From: Nitrospirota bacterium
GTDB lineage: Bacteria; Nitrospirota; UBA9217
DNA length: 64,000 nt
Reading direction: 5' to 3'
Assembly (NCBI GenBank): GCA_963751455.1
Contig: CAVVUN010000002.1
Coordinates: forward strand, 160,001 to 224,000
Positions 37,621 through 46,648 of the stretch are shown in pieces. Made by a program: the position numbers and the translations under genes. The stretch's first letter is position 1. Each line of letters begins with the position of its first letter. Under the pieces are notes generated by a model, which made no database searches, was not told the DNA's origin, and saw nothing but the letters and a program-made list of their open reading frames with translations.

Positions 37621-40170
37621 ATGAAAAACAAACGTGCCATAACACTTCTACTGAATATCATCTTTATGTTTACGGTCGGTTCAGCATACGCTGTGCCGGT
37701 TGAGCAGATTCCTTACCAGAAATATGTTCCCGCGAATGGAAGCGCGGCGCCTGGTACAGTCGGCACTTGTGTATTCAAGATTTATGACTCTGAAACTGGA
37801 GGGAATCTCATTTGGCAGGAACCGGCAAGCGGCACGCTGACCTGTTATAACATTCAGGAGATAACAGGTAACGGCGGTAGCAATACCAGCAAATTAAATT
37901 CCGTTCGGTGGTTTCTCGGAAGTAATGTTCCATTTTCGAGCGCCATCATCCCCATGGATTTTCAGAGCACCTACTATGTCGAGTTGACTTTCAACGGTGC
38001 ATCGTTGACGAGAGATTTGCTTGGCGGCGCGCCGTATGCGATTGGCGGTATTCAGTGGCTCGGGGATTATAACGGTTCGACAGTCTATCGGATCAACGAC
38101 GTTGTGGCTTATAATGGAAGCTCATACATAGCCATTCAAAATAATTTCTCGGGACAAGCTGTGAGCAATACTACATATTGGGCGGTTTTTGTAGCTCAGG
38201 GACCAGCTGGGCCGGCAGGAACTGATGGTATGAACGGCATATCAGTTACATCGACATCAGAATCGCCGGGAGCAAATTGTGCTAACGGAGGCGTAAAGTA
38301 CACTTCTCTGAGCGGAGATAATTATGTTTGTAACGGCGCTGCGGGTGCACAAGGACCGCAGGGTTCAGTAGGACCGCAGGGTCCACAAGGTGAACAAGGA
38401 TTGCAGGGAGTGCAGGGACCTCAGGGTATACAGGGACCCCAAGGGCCGCAAGGACCTCAAGGTGATACTGGAGCGACTGGTGCAGCAGGTGCACAGGGAC
38501 CGGCCGGAGCAGATGGGAAGACTGTGCTAAGCGGAGCTATTGACCCGGCAACCGAAGGTGTCGATGGAGATTTCTATATCAATATAGCTTCCAATACACT
38601 CTTTGGTCCGAAAACAGGAGGCGCGTGGGGCACAGGCACATTGTTAGTGGGACCTCAGGGTCCGCAGGGCGCGCAAGGCCTGCAGGGCGCGCAAGGCCTG
38701 CAGGGTATACAGGGTCCGCAAGGCGAACAAGGCCTGCAGGGAACGCAAGGACCTCAAGGCCCGGTCGGCGCAACAGGAGCAACAGGACCTCAAGGACCGC
38801 AAGGGCCTCAAGGTGACGCCGGAGCGACCGGTTCAGCAGGACCTGCCGGTGCAGATGGGAAGACGATGCTGAGCGGCGGTGCTGATCCGACAATCGAAGG
38901 AGCAGATGGCGATTTCTTCATTAATACGGCTTCCAATACTATATTTGGTCCCAAAACAGGAGGTGTATGGGGCGCAGGTATTTCATTAATCGGCCCTGCC
39001 GGAGCGACAGGCGCAACAGGACCGCAGGGACCGGTAGGTTTAACAGGGCCCACAGGTGCGACCGGACCGCAAGGACCTCAAGGTAATACAGGTGCAACCG
39101 GCCCGGAGGGACCGCAAGGCCCACAGGGATCGATTGGTTTAACGGGAGCAACGGGTGCAACCGGCCCACAAGGACCTGCAGGAACAGACGGGAAAACTAC
39201 ACTGAGCGGAATCGTTGATCCGACAACTGATGACGGAGTCAATGGCGATTTCTTCATTAATACAGCTTCCAACACCATCTTCGGCCCGAAGACGGAAAGT
39301 GGATGGGGGGCAGGCACGTTGTTAGTCGGGCCTCAAGGTGCAGCAGGACCTCAAGGACTACAGGGCACAGTAGGGTTGCCAGGTCCGGAGGGACCGCAAG
39401 GACCAGCAGGGCCGGAGGGTTCTCAAGGACCAACGGGCGCAACCGGACCGGAGGGACCGATAGGATTGACAGGAGCGACAGGACCTCAAGGCCCTCAGGG
39501 GCCGGCAGGCACGTCTTCCTGGGCTGATAGCACAGGGATGGTTAGTACCAATAAGAACGTCGGTATAGGCGTATCTTCTCCGGCATATCCGCTGTCCATA
39601 TCCTCAGATATTGCTTCAGCCGTTCCAGGCGGTGTCGGGATGTTTATGCTTACTGGTAATGAAAATAAGGAAAGAATTGAATTAAGATCCCCTGGCGTAG
39701 CTGGTTTGAGAGGAGCGGCTGTTCAAGGAAAAGGGTATGGTGGCACTATAGAAGCGCCGACGGCCACACAAAAAGATGCGATCCTGATGATTTTAGGAGG
39801 CAGCGGTCATGATGGCAATCAAATAATCGTTCCAAATAAGGCGGGTATCTTCATGATGTCGGGTGAAAATTGGAATACAACTTCTAATGGGACCTACATG
39901 CGTTTTGATACAACTTCAAACGCGTCTACTGCAAAAACTGAAAAAATGCGTGTAACCGGAGACGGCAATATCGGTATTAGCACTACTTTGCCTACTCAGA
40001 AACTCGAAGTCAACGGCGGCGTTCGTCTTAACACCACAACACCAAAACCGACCTGCGATTCAAATGCAAGAGGCACATTCTGGGTGCAGCAGGATGCTGT
40101 GAACGATACTGTACACGTCTGCGCGATGGTAAACAGTGTGCTCACCTGGAAGACGGTGACGCTACAATAG
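37621..40170 (+). CDS. Secreted collagen-like (Gly-X-Y) fibre protein with interspersed ~47-aa repeats and a C-terminal fibre-like domain
   Basis: GGAGG RBS; signal peptide ending AYA; CBM5/12-like [14 protein letters not shown]; GPQ/GAT triplets; three DGKTxLSG..GDFxINxASNTxFGPKT units. Confidence 0.9.
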   Translation: MKNKRAITLLLNIIFMFTVGSAYAVPVEQIPYQKYVPANGSAAPGTVGTCVFKIYDSETGGNLIWQEPASGTLTCYNIQEITGNGGSNTSKLNSVRWFLGSNVPFSSAIIPMDFQSTYYVELTFNGASLTRDLLGGAPYAIGGIQWLGDYNGSTVYRINDVVAYNGSSYIAIQNNFSGQAVSNTTYWAVFVAQGPAGPAGTDGMNGISVTSTSESPGANCANGGVKYTSLSGDNYVCNGAAGAQGPQGSVGPQGPQGEQGLQGVQGPQGIQGPQGPQGPQGDTGATGAAGAQGPAGADGKTVLSGAIDPATEGVDGDFYINIASNTLFGPKTGGAWGTGTLLVGPQGPQGAQGLQGAQGLQGIQGPQGEQGLQGTQGPQGPVGATGATGPQGPQGPQGDAGATGSAGPAGADGKTMLSGGADPTIEGADGDFFINTASNTIFGPKTGGVWGAGISLIGPAGATGATGPQGPVGLTGPTGATGPQGPQGNTGATGPEGPQGPQGSIGLTGATGATGPQGPAGTDGKTTLSGIVDPTTDDGVNGDFFINTASNTIFGPKTESGWGAGTLLVGPQGAAGPQGLQGTVGLPGPEGPQGPAGPEGSQGPTGATGPEGPIGLTGATGPQGPQGPAGTSSWADSTGMVSTNKNVGIGVSSPAYPLSISSDIASAVPGGVGMFMLTGNENKERIELRSPGVAGLRGAAVQGKGYGGTIEAPTATQKDAILMILGGSGHDGNQIIVPNKAGIFMMSGENWNTTSNGTYMRFDTTSNASTAKTEKMRVTGDGNIGISTTLPTQKLEVNGGVRLNTTTPKPTCDSNARGTFWVQQDAVNDTVHVCAMVNSVLTWKTVTLQ

Positions 40171-40323
40171 TGTAGGCGACGGTCGGAGCGGGTACGATTC
40201 TAACGGTCGCGTCCCCGCTATTGACCGAAAAAAGGCGCACCGGGGCATCGAGCATCTTTCTCCGGGGCGCAAAGATTCCCTCTCCTGATCGGGAGCAGTT
40301 GGGGCTATGGCGAGCTTGGTATG

Positions 40324-40890
40324 TTATTTTTTACTTCTATAAGACCTCCCTTCAAACGTCAGAAAGTGACCATTTAAGCCCAGGCGGTCAAGGATCGCCG
40401 AGGCGGTCACCGAATCGAAGATTTTCCCCCATTGCGACGAGATCAGGTTGGTTGTAACAATCGTGGTCCCGACCTCGGAGCGTTTCGAGATTATCTGGAA
40501 GATGCTGTCCGCCTGCTCCTTGGTCGGGAAGACGTAGCCCATTTCATCCAAGCAAAGCACCTTGACCTTCGCGTAGTAATCGATCAGACTGTAGACGCTT
40601 CTGGCCTTCGCGAGCTTCGCGGTAAGGTCGAAAATGCTGATCGAGACGGCCTGCTGGCCCTTCATGATCGCATCAACGCACAGGGCGTCGGCGACATGGG
40701 TTTTTCCTACGCCTGCCGGACCCATGATGACGATATTGCAGTTTTTCCGGAGCCAGTCGGTTTTCATCAGCTCCATGATCTTATCGCGGGGGATAGCGGG
40801 ATTGAACTTCCAGTCAAAATCCTCCAGACGCTTCACCCGTTTGATGCCCGACATCTTGAGCAGATGCTCGATCCTGCGCTTCTCGCGCAG
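40324..40890 (-). pseudogene. istB: IstB-like AAA+ ATPase, N-terminally truncated
   Basis: LEDFDW, GPAGVGKTH, LCLDEMGY, TTN, AILDRL, GRSYR; the N-terminal helical part is missing. Confidence 0.85.
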
Positions 40891-41738
40891 AAGATGTCTT
40901 CTTTGAGCATCTCAGCCGGCGGCCTCTTTGTCGTGCGATGAAGCCTTGTATTCCTCTCCTGCCGCCAGAGGGCTGCCTGTTTGTTGAGCTCGGGTGTCGT
41001 CTCGCACGGCGTGATCTTCAGGTGATTCTTAATGTCCCGGATGACCCGCTCGACCCGGCCTTTTTCATTCGGTCTTCTTACTGTGCAGGGGTGGACCCCA
41101 AAGCCGTAATGCCGACAGAAGTCCATGAACTGGGCATTAAGCTTGAGATCCGGCGTTCTCTTGATTACCACGCTTGTCAGATTGTCATACCGGCACTTGC
41201 GGGGTACGCCGGCGATCTCGCGGAAAGCCTCGATGTGGCCGTCCAGGAAGAACTCCATGGTGCAGCGGGGATAGAAACGAACGTACACATACCGGGAGTA
41301 AGCGAGGAGAAAGACGAAGCCGTACATCATTCCGGAAGGGATTCTCCAATGCATCCAGTCGACTTGTGCTTCCTCGCCGGGAAGGAACACCAGTTCGTGA
41401 AAGACTTGATACTTCCTCTTTTTCCGGTATTTTTGGGTATGGACAGCGAGAATCGTGTAACGACCCGTATACCCATAGGACTTCAAGCGGTTAAACACCT
41501 GCTGCGCCTGCAGGTAGGGATGCTCCTGGTACCACTGCTCGATCAGACGCTCATAGGGCGCAAGAAGGCTCTGCTTGGCCGGCTTCGGGATGCTCGTCCC
41601 GTTGATTATTCTCGCGACGCGCTTCTTCCCCATGAAAAGCGCCTGCGCAATTTGTCTGATCGATAAGCCTTCCACTGCGCGCAAATGCTTCACCCGGCTT
41701 TCGATGGATTCAGCATCTCTCCCCCGATCGTTTACCAT
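40833..41738 (-). pseudogene. istA: IstA DDE transposase, C-terminally truncated
   Basis: HTH GLSIRQIA, PGEEAQVDW, YDNL, EKGRVER, RLHRTTKRPP; the sequence then jumps into istB. Confidence 0.85.
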
Positions 41739-41778
41739 GGCGGGATTGTTACCATGACGCAGCCAAAAAGGAAATATG

Positions 41779-41996
41779 GGCTTGTATCTCGGTCGAAGGA
41801 ACGACCCAGCTTATTGATTTATCGTCACTATTTTCTCATCTTGGCTTGTATCTCACACAGAATAGCGGGGAACACAAGACGTTTGGTTCGAAAAATCAAT
41901 AACTTGAAAGGGTATCTCGGCTTGTATCTCGCGCAGAACGATCACGCTTTTCTCAACGGCGTCAAGGGCTTTTGCGAACATCTCGGCTTGTATCTC
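41779..41996. repeat. Four GGCTTGTATCTC direct repeats upstream of istA
   Basis: Copies at 41779, 41843, 41919 and 41985. Confidence 0.85.
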
Positions 41997-42260
41997 ACCT
42001 GGCGCGAATGCCGCCTGCCGCTCTTTTCGCTTCCGGCGCCAGGCCTTCTGATAATCAGGATGCTCTTTTCTCCACGCCTTGACTACCTCGTACCTGCCGA
42101 CCCAATAATCCGGATTCTTTCTGCGAAAACGCTTGTTGCTCTCGCCCTTCCGGATTTTCCGGCACGCCGCCGAGCACGTCTGCTGGCGCGTCCCGACCCT
42201 TCTGTCCGGCGCGAACATCCTGCCGCAACACGCACAACGCTTCTCATCCGCCATCATCAT
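41853..42260 (-). CDS. IS21 passenger protein, Cys-rich and basic, function unknown
   Basis: CACC..CSAAC; NPDYW, HPDYQKAWR; two EIQAE motifs. Confidence 0.7.
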   Translation of the reverse strand: MMMADEKRCACCGRMFAPDRRVGTRQQTCSAACRKIRKGESNKRFRRKNPDYWVGRYEVVKAWRKEHPDYQKAWRRKRKERQAAFAPGEIQAEMFAKALDAVEKSVIVLREIQAEIPFQVIDFSNQTSCVPRYSV

Positions 42261-42422
42261 CGCCCCCCAGAACCTATGATGGCTGCCACTCTATTGACTT
42301 TGACGAAGAAGGAAAGTCTGAAATGAAATCTTGAAAGGAAAAACCAAAGGCAAGATCAAAAGGCAGGACCTACAGCGGAGACAGCATCGTCAGAATCGTC
42401 CCCAAAATCGCCGTCGCTCACA

Positions 42423-43093
42423 ACATACTGACCAAGCCCATGGAGCGCCGGTTCCGGAACGCTCACGGACTGCGTCGGTATTTTCTATTTCTCGTATTCC
42501 GCCTTACAAGGATATTCGAGTTGTATATTTTTAACAAATTCGAGAGGGTTTTCGTACTTTCCGAATACGATCGTTCCTATCTGCTGTCCATTGATCCGTC
42601 GCTCAAGGTCGCGTTGCTGCGCCATTCCTACGGCGCGCACCTCACAAATACAAGGTACGAGCGTGAAGATCAAAGCCTTCTTTTCCTCGGCGCAATGGAC
42701 CGGGGACCAAATGTGAAGTCAGCGCTCTATTTCTGGAACAAGATCCTTCCACTTGTCCGGCAAGATGTTCCTGATGTGAAATTCGTTATTGTGGGCAGCA
42801 GGCCGCTCCCCGAAGTGCGGGCGCTTGCGGAAAAAGACGAGCATACAGTTGTTACAGGCTTCGTTGAAGATATCGAGAAATACTATAAGACTGCCACGGT
42901 TTTTGTGGCCCCTCTCCTGACAGGAGGGGGAATTATCGTCAAGACACTGGACGCCCTGGCAGCGGGGACTCCGGTTGTAACTACCTCGATAGGCAACGAA
43001 GGGATCGGAGCAAAGCCGGGTGAGCATCTCCTGGTCGGCGATACACCCGCGAGTTTTGCGGCACAGGTCGTGCTTCTGCTTTGCGATGCATGA
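42423..43093 (+). pseudogene. GT4 fragment, truncated paralog of 44398..45579
   Basis: Begins mid-gene (ILTKPMERRFRNA) at the IS21 end and stops early at LLLCDA*. Confidence 0.88.
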
Positions 43094-43146
43094 AACACGT
43101 TGCTTCCGTTTGCCGGTGGAAGTTTTTGTTGAAAAAGGGGCTAAAG

Positions 43147-43165
43147 TGCTGTATATTATACAGCA
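43147..43165. promoter_or_regulatory. Palindromic operator of TA pair 1
   Basis: TGCTGTATA-T-TATACAGCA, just upstream of the antitoxin RBS. Confidence 0.7.
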
Positions 43166-43189
43166 TTATAGATAGAGGAGGTTCCGTAG

Positions 43190-43471
43190 ATGAAGACATT
43201 GGTGTCGGAAAAGAGGACGCAGGTTTATTTCCCGAAGGATGTTTACCGGCGCATTGAGAAAAAGGCGCGAAAAGAGTCCAAATCATCCGCCGCCGTCATC
43301 AGGGAGGCCGTTGAGCGGTATCTTGAAGAGGAACGGGAAATCGATTGGGAGAACGACCCGATATTCAAACTGGCGGGTTTTTTCGAGAGCGGTGACGGCG
43401 ATCTGTCCGTAAACCACGACCATTATCTGTATGGCGCGGAGAAAAAAAAGATCGGAAAACGACATGGATAA
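43190..43471 (+). CDS. Ribbon-helix-helix (CopG-like) antitoxin
   Basis: KRTQVYF..SSAAVIREAVERYL; C-terminal DLSVNHDHYLYG. Confidence 0.85.
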   Translation: MKTLVSEKRTQVYFPKDVYRRIEKKARKESKSSAAVIREAVERYLEEEREIDWENDPIFKLAGFFESGDGDLSVNHDHYLYGAEKKKIGKRHG

Positions 43472-43871
43472 GGTCTTTCTTGATACGAGCGCACTGGCGG
43501 CGTTTTTCGACAGAAAGGACCGTTATAACGTCGAGACCGGCATGCTTTTTGAAAAGATCGCCCTCAAGAAGATCAGGATTGTCATGACTGATTATATCCT
43601 AAACGAATGTATAACGATGATTCTCATGCGGACAAACCATTCCAACGCGGTCAAAGCGGCTGAGTTCATTTTCGACAGCAAGGCCATCGAGCTTGTCTGG
43701 CTCGACGAGCCGATCAAGCGGAAGGCTTGGGAATATTTTAAAAGGCATTCCGATAAGAAGTATTCATTCACCGATTGCACCAGCTTTGTTCTTATGAAGG
43801 AAATGAAGGTGACGAGATACCTGTCTTTTGACGGTCATTTTAAGCAGGCGGGGTTTACCGAGTTTCTTTAG
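43464..43871 (+). CDS. vapC: PIN-domain VapC toxin
   Basis: VFLDTSA, ILNEC, YSFTDCTSFVLM, SFDGHFKQAGF. Confidence 0.92.
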   Translation: MDKVFLDTSALAAFFDRKDRYNVETGMLFEKIALKKIRIVMTDYILNECITMILMRTNHSNAVKAAEFIFDSKAIELVWLDEPIKRKAWEYFKRHSDKKYSFTDCTSFVLMKEMKVTRYLSFDGHFKQAGFTEFL

Positions 43872-43876
43872 TATGA

Positions 43877-44100
43877 ATGCGAATATCCGACAACGGCAAC
43901 TCGGGATCGGGTCAACATCGCCTGCTCAAAAACTCGAGGTCAATGGCGGCGTCCGTCTTAATACAGTCTCGGCAAAGCCGACGCGCGATTCAAGTGCAAG
44001 AGGCACATTCTGGGTCCAGCAGGATGCTGTCAATGATACCATATACGTCTGTGCAATGGTAAACAGTGTCCTTACCTGGAAAACGGTAACGCTGCAGTAG
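43877..44100 (+). pseudogene. Orphan 3' fragment paralogous to the C-terminus of the collagen-like protein
   Basis: MRISDNGN [1-nt deletion] [52 protein letters not shown]. Confidence 0.85.
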
Positions 44101-44152
44101 TTGTAGAGCGACAATCATTAAATAGTTGAGTCGTTGAGTAGTAAGTCAGGAC

Positions 44153-44192
44153 AGCAAGGAGCGACCGTTATGCGGCTTCTCCTTGCTTTTTT
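44153..44192 (+). terminator. Intrinsic terminator
   Basis: AGCAAGGAG...CTCCTTGCT stem followed by a T run. Confidence 0.65.
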
Positions 44193-44228
44193 ATTTGAGC
44201 CATCTTCAACACTTCGTGAACCTTCAAT

Positions 44229-44257
44229 TTGACACTCTTGATCTCGTTCCGTATAAT
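44229..44257 (+). promoter_or_regulatory. Consensus sigma-70 promoter for the GT4 gene
   Basis: TTGACA-N17-TATAAT, exact consensus. Confidence 0.8.
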
Positions 44258-44397
44258 AGAGGCCACTGTTAAACCTTGAGAGCGGTTTCGTGGTTGAGAG
44301 GTTTAGTAGTTGAATAGTTATTCAAAACTCAACAATTTAACAACTAAACGTCACTCTTAGACTTAACGGATATTTCCCTGTTGACCACAGTCGACAA

Positions 44398-45579
44398 ATG
44401 AAAATTCTCCTCATATCTCCCCATCTCCCGGCCCCAACGACGTACCAGGCAGGGGAGAGGCTTGTCTTTGAGGTAATAAAAACGCTCGCTGAGAAGCATG
44501 AACTCCATCTTGTTGTTCGACTTCATAAGGGACAGGAAAAGAACCTGGGGCCGATCAAGCAATACTGTGAAGAAGTGTATCCCGTGCTTTACTCGCGGCC
44601 GGAAAGACGGGATGCGTTTACCGTCCTGAACGTGGTCTGGTCATATTACAAGCTCTGCAAAAAGGCAAATGCTATAGCTGAAAGAGATAACTTCGATGCT
44701 ATCCATGCGGAGTGGACCGAGACGGGTTTTTTCTTGAAGAAAAAGGGCAGGATGGCGATTGTAGCCCACGACATCCTGACCAAACCAATGGAACGCCGGT
44801 TCAGGAACGCACGGGGACTGCGCCGGTATCTTTTATTTCTCGTATTTCGCTTTACTAAGATCTTTGAACTATACGTATTTGGGAAGTTCGATACGGTATT
44901 CGTTCTTTCCGACTACGACCGCAGGTATCTTCGAGCTATTGACCGGTCACTTAAAGTCGCATTGTTACAGCATCCTTACGGCGCGAACGTAACCAATATA
45001 CAGTTCGAGCGGGAAGAAAAAAACCTCCTCTTCCTGGGCGCCATGGACCGTGGGCCGAACGTGGAAGCAGTGCTCTATTTCTGGAACGAGGTTCTCCCCC
45101 TTGTCCGTAAAGAAATTCCTGATGTAAAATTCTTTATTATGGGCAGCAGGCCGCTCCCTGAAGTGCGGGCGCTTGCGGAAAAAGACGAGCATACGGTTGT
45201 TACGGGCTTCGTTGAAGATATCGAGAAATACTATAAGACTGCCACGGTTTTTGTGGCCCCTCTCCTGACAGGAGGGGGAATTATCGTCAAGATACTGGAC
45301 GCCCTGGCAGCGGCAACGCCGGTTGTGACGACTTCGATCGGGAATGAAGGGATCGGAGCAGCGCCGGAAGAACATCTCCTGATCGGCGATACTCCCGAGA
45401 GTTTTGCGGAACAGGTGGTGCGTCTGCTTCAGGATGAACAGATGCGCAAAAGAATTGGTGCAGCAGGCCGGGAATTTGTCGCAGCAAACTACGGACAGGA
45501 CGCTTTGCGAAAAACGCTTGAGGAGTGGTATAAGGGATATTTGAAGGTTAGTGAGGCAAAGCCTCAGACCAATAAATAA
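44398..45579 (+). CDS. GT4 glycosyltransferase
   Basis: MKILLISPHLP, FLGAMDRGPN, APLLTGGGIIVKILDALAAATPVVTT. Confidence 0.92.
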   Translation: MKILLISPHLPAPTTYQAGERLVFEVIKTLAEKHELHLVVRLHKGQEKNLGPIKQYCEEVYPVLYSRPERRDAFTVLNVVWSYYKLCKKANAIAERDNFDAIHAEWTETGFFLKKKGRMAIVAHDILTKPMERRFRNARGLRRYLLFLVFRFTKIFELYVFGKFDTVFVLSDYDRRYLRAIDRSLKVALLQHPYGANVTNIQFEREEKNLLFLGAMDRGPNVEAVLYFWNEVLPLVRKEIPDVKFFIMGSRPLPEVRALAEKDEHTVVTGFVEDIEKYYKTATVFVAPLLTGGGIIVKILDALAAATPVVTTSIGNEGIGAAPEEHLLIGDTPESFAEQVVRLLQDEQMRKRIGAAGREFVAANYGQDALRKTLEEWYKGYLKVSEAKPQTNK

Positions 45580-45647
45580 ACCAACACTCTTGAACCGCGA
45601 AGGCGCGACGAGCGCGAGGAAAACATAAATCAGGGTCTTTTTCCAGT

Positions 45648-45808
45648 TTTAGAAAGCTTTCCGAGCTCGAAATGTACCTGAAGCAGGTCCGTGAATTCTC
45701 TGGTACGACGCTCCAGAGATCGTGATCGCAATTCTCAGAAAACATCTCAATGACGTTGAGCGGTACAGGGACGCAATCCTGGCATATCTGAACAGGCCGG
45801 TATCGTAA
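45648..45808 (+). pseudogene. Internally deleted DUF86/HepT-like toxin relic
   Basis: RKLSELEMYLKQVREFSG joined out of frame to PEIVIAILRKHLNDVERYRDAILAYL*; the central RxxxxH region is absent. Confidence 0.6.
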
Positions 45809-45890
45809 TTCCTTCCTCTAAGGCATGCGTCTTCTCCCGTCATGGTTTTCTTTCGGACGCCATCCTGGTCCTAAAAATATCTTTACTTAT

Positions 45891-45909
45891 TGCTATCATA
45901 ATGCTATCA
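45891..45909. promoter_or_regulatory. FitA-type operator half-sites
   Basis: TGCTATCA twice in direct orientation (45891, 45902) upstream of the antitoxin. Confidence 0.7.
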
Positions 45910-45928
45910 TATAAAAAAGGAGGTTGCT

Positions 45929-46159
45929 GTGGCACAATTGCTGGTTCGAGACCTGGAAAAGAAAACGATTGAGCGCCTCAAAAAGAGAGCAAAACAGCAT
46001 GATCGCTCACTACAGGGCGAAGTAAAATTGATATTGCAGAATGCCGCTAAACTGTCCATGGAGGAAACTCTCGGCGCGGCCGAAAACTGGCAAAAACGCC
46101 TGGCGGGAGGAAAGTTCGGCGACAGCACGGCTCTCATCAGAGAGGACCGGGACCGTTGA
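45929..46159 (+). CDS. FitA-like RHH antitoxin
   Basis: MAQLLVRDL..LKKRAKQHDRSLQGEV..DSTALIREDRDR. Confidence 0.88.
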   Translation: MAQLLVRDLEKKTIERLKKRAKQHDRSLQGEVKLILQNAAKLSMEETLGAAENWQKRLAGGKFGDSTALIREDRDR

Positions 46160-46578
46160 GGCGCTATACCGTTGATGCGAGCGTGGTCGTCAAATGGTTT
46201 TTGCCGGAGATTCATACGCGGGAAGCTTTGCATCTTCTTGCTAAAAATCATGAGCTGTCGGCCCCGGACCTCATTTTTGCGGAAGTCGGAAATACGTTGT
46301 GGAAAAAATGCAGGGCAGAGGAACTGGATGCGGAGGCCGCAGCGGAAATTCTTTTTGATTTTGAGCGCGTGCCGCTGCGGATAATCCCCTCCGAAATGAT
46401 GCTCGATGACGCGTGGATGATAGCAGAACGCTACCGAAGAACCTTCTATGACAGTCTCTATCTTGCCGTCGCTCGTGCTCAAGAATGCCGCATGGTTACC
46501 GCCGACAAAAAATTTTACGAATCGCTCAAGAGCACTCCGCTCGGTAAATCCCTGCTATGGATTGAAGACATGAAATGA
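46156..46578 (+). CDS. vapC: PIN-domain VapC toxin
   Basis: VDASVVVKW, AEVGNTLWK, TFYDSLYLAVA, VTAD. Confidence 0.92.
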   Translation: MRRYTVDASVVVKWFLPEIHTREALHLLAKNHELSAPDLIFAEVGNTLWKKCRAEELDAEAAAEILFDFERVPLRIIPSEMMLDDAWMIAERYRRTFYDSLYLAVARAQECRMVTADKKFYESLKSTPLGKSLLWIEDMK

Positions 46579-46648
46579 CATCACGGACATGCGATGCCGA
46601 TGTCATCAATGCTATGCTTCACCACCTTAAAAGAAAGGGCATGATCGG

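Larger units (their letters stand above)
40171..42422 (-). mobile_element. IS21-family element, internally deleted, carrying a passenger gene
   Basis: Terminal IRs TGTAGGCGACGGTCGGAGCGGGTACGATTCTAACG and TGTGAGCGACGGCGATTTTGGGGACGATTCTGACG (TG...CA); no target duplication seen. Confidence 0.85.

Noticed and set aside
37621-40170. Prophage tail-fibre gene or prophage
   Set aside because: It has a signal peptide, and no capsid, terminase, baseplate or integrase genes are visible.
41779-41996. Canonical CRISPR array
   Set aside because: Repeats are only 12-18 bp, spacing is uneven, two copies are protein-coding, and there are no cas genes. Kept as an unexplained repeat array.
43149-43163. LexA SOS box
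   Set aside because: The spacing is CTGT-N7-ACAG, not N8; better explained as the RHH antitoxin operator.
39950-44100. Diversity-generating retroelement (VR/TR pair from the duplicated fibre C-terminus or the 355-bp repeat)
   Set aside because: Differences are mostly third-position and involve all four bases rather than template adenines; no reverse transcriptase or Avd gene in the window.
43828-44100. Intact 90-aa CDS as listed in the ORF track
   Set aside because: The N-terminus is a chance read-through overlapping vapC; real homology starts at 43877 in another frame.
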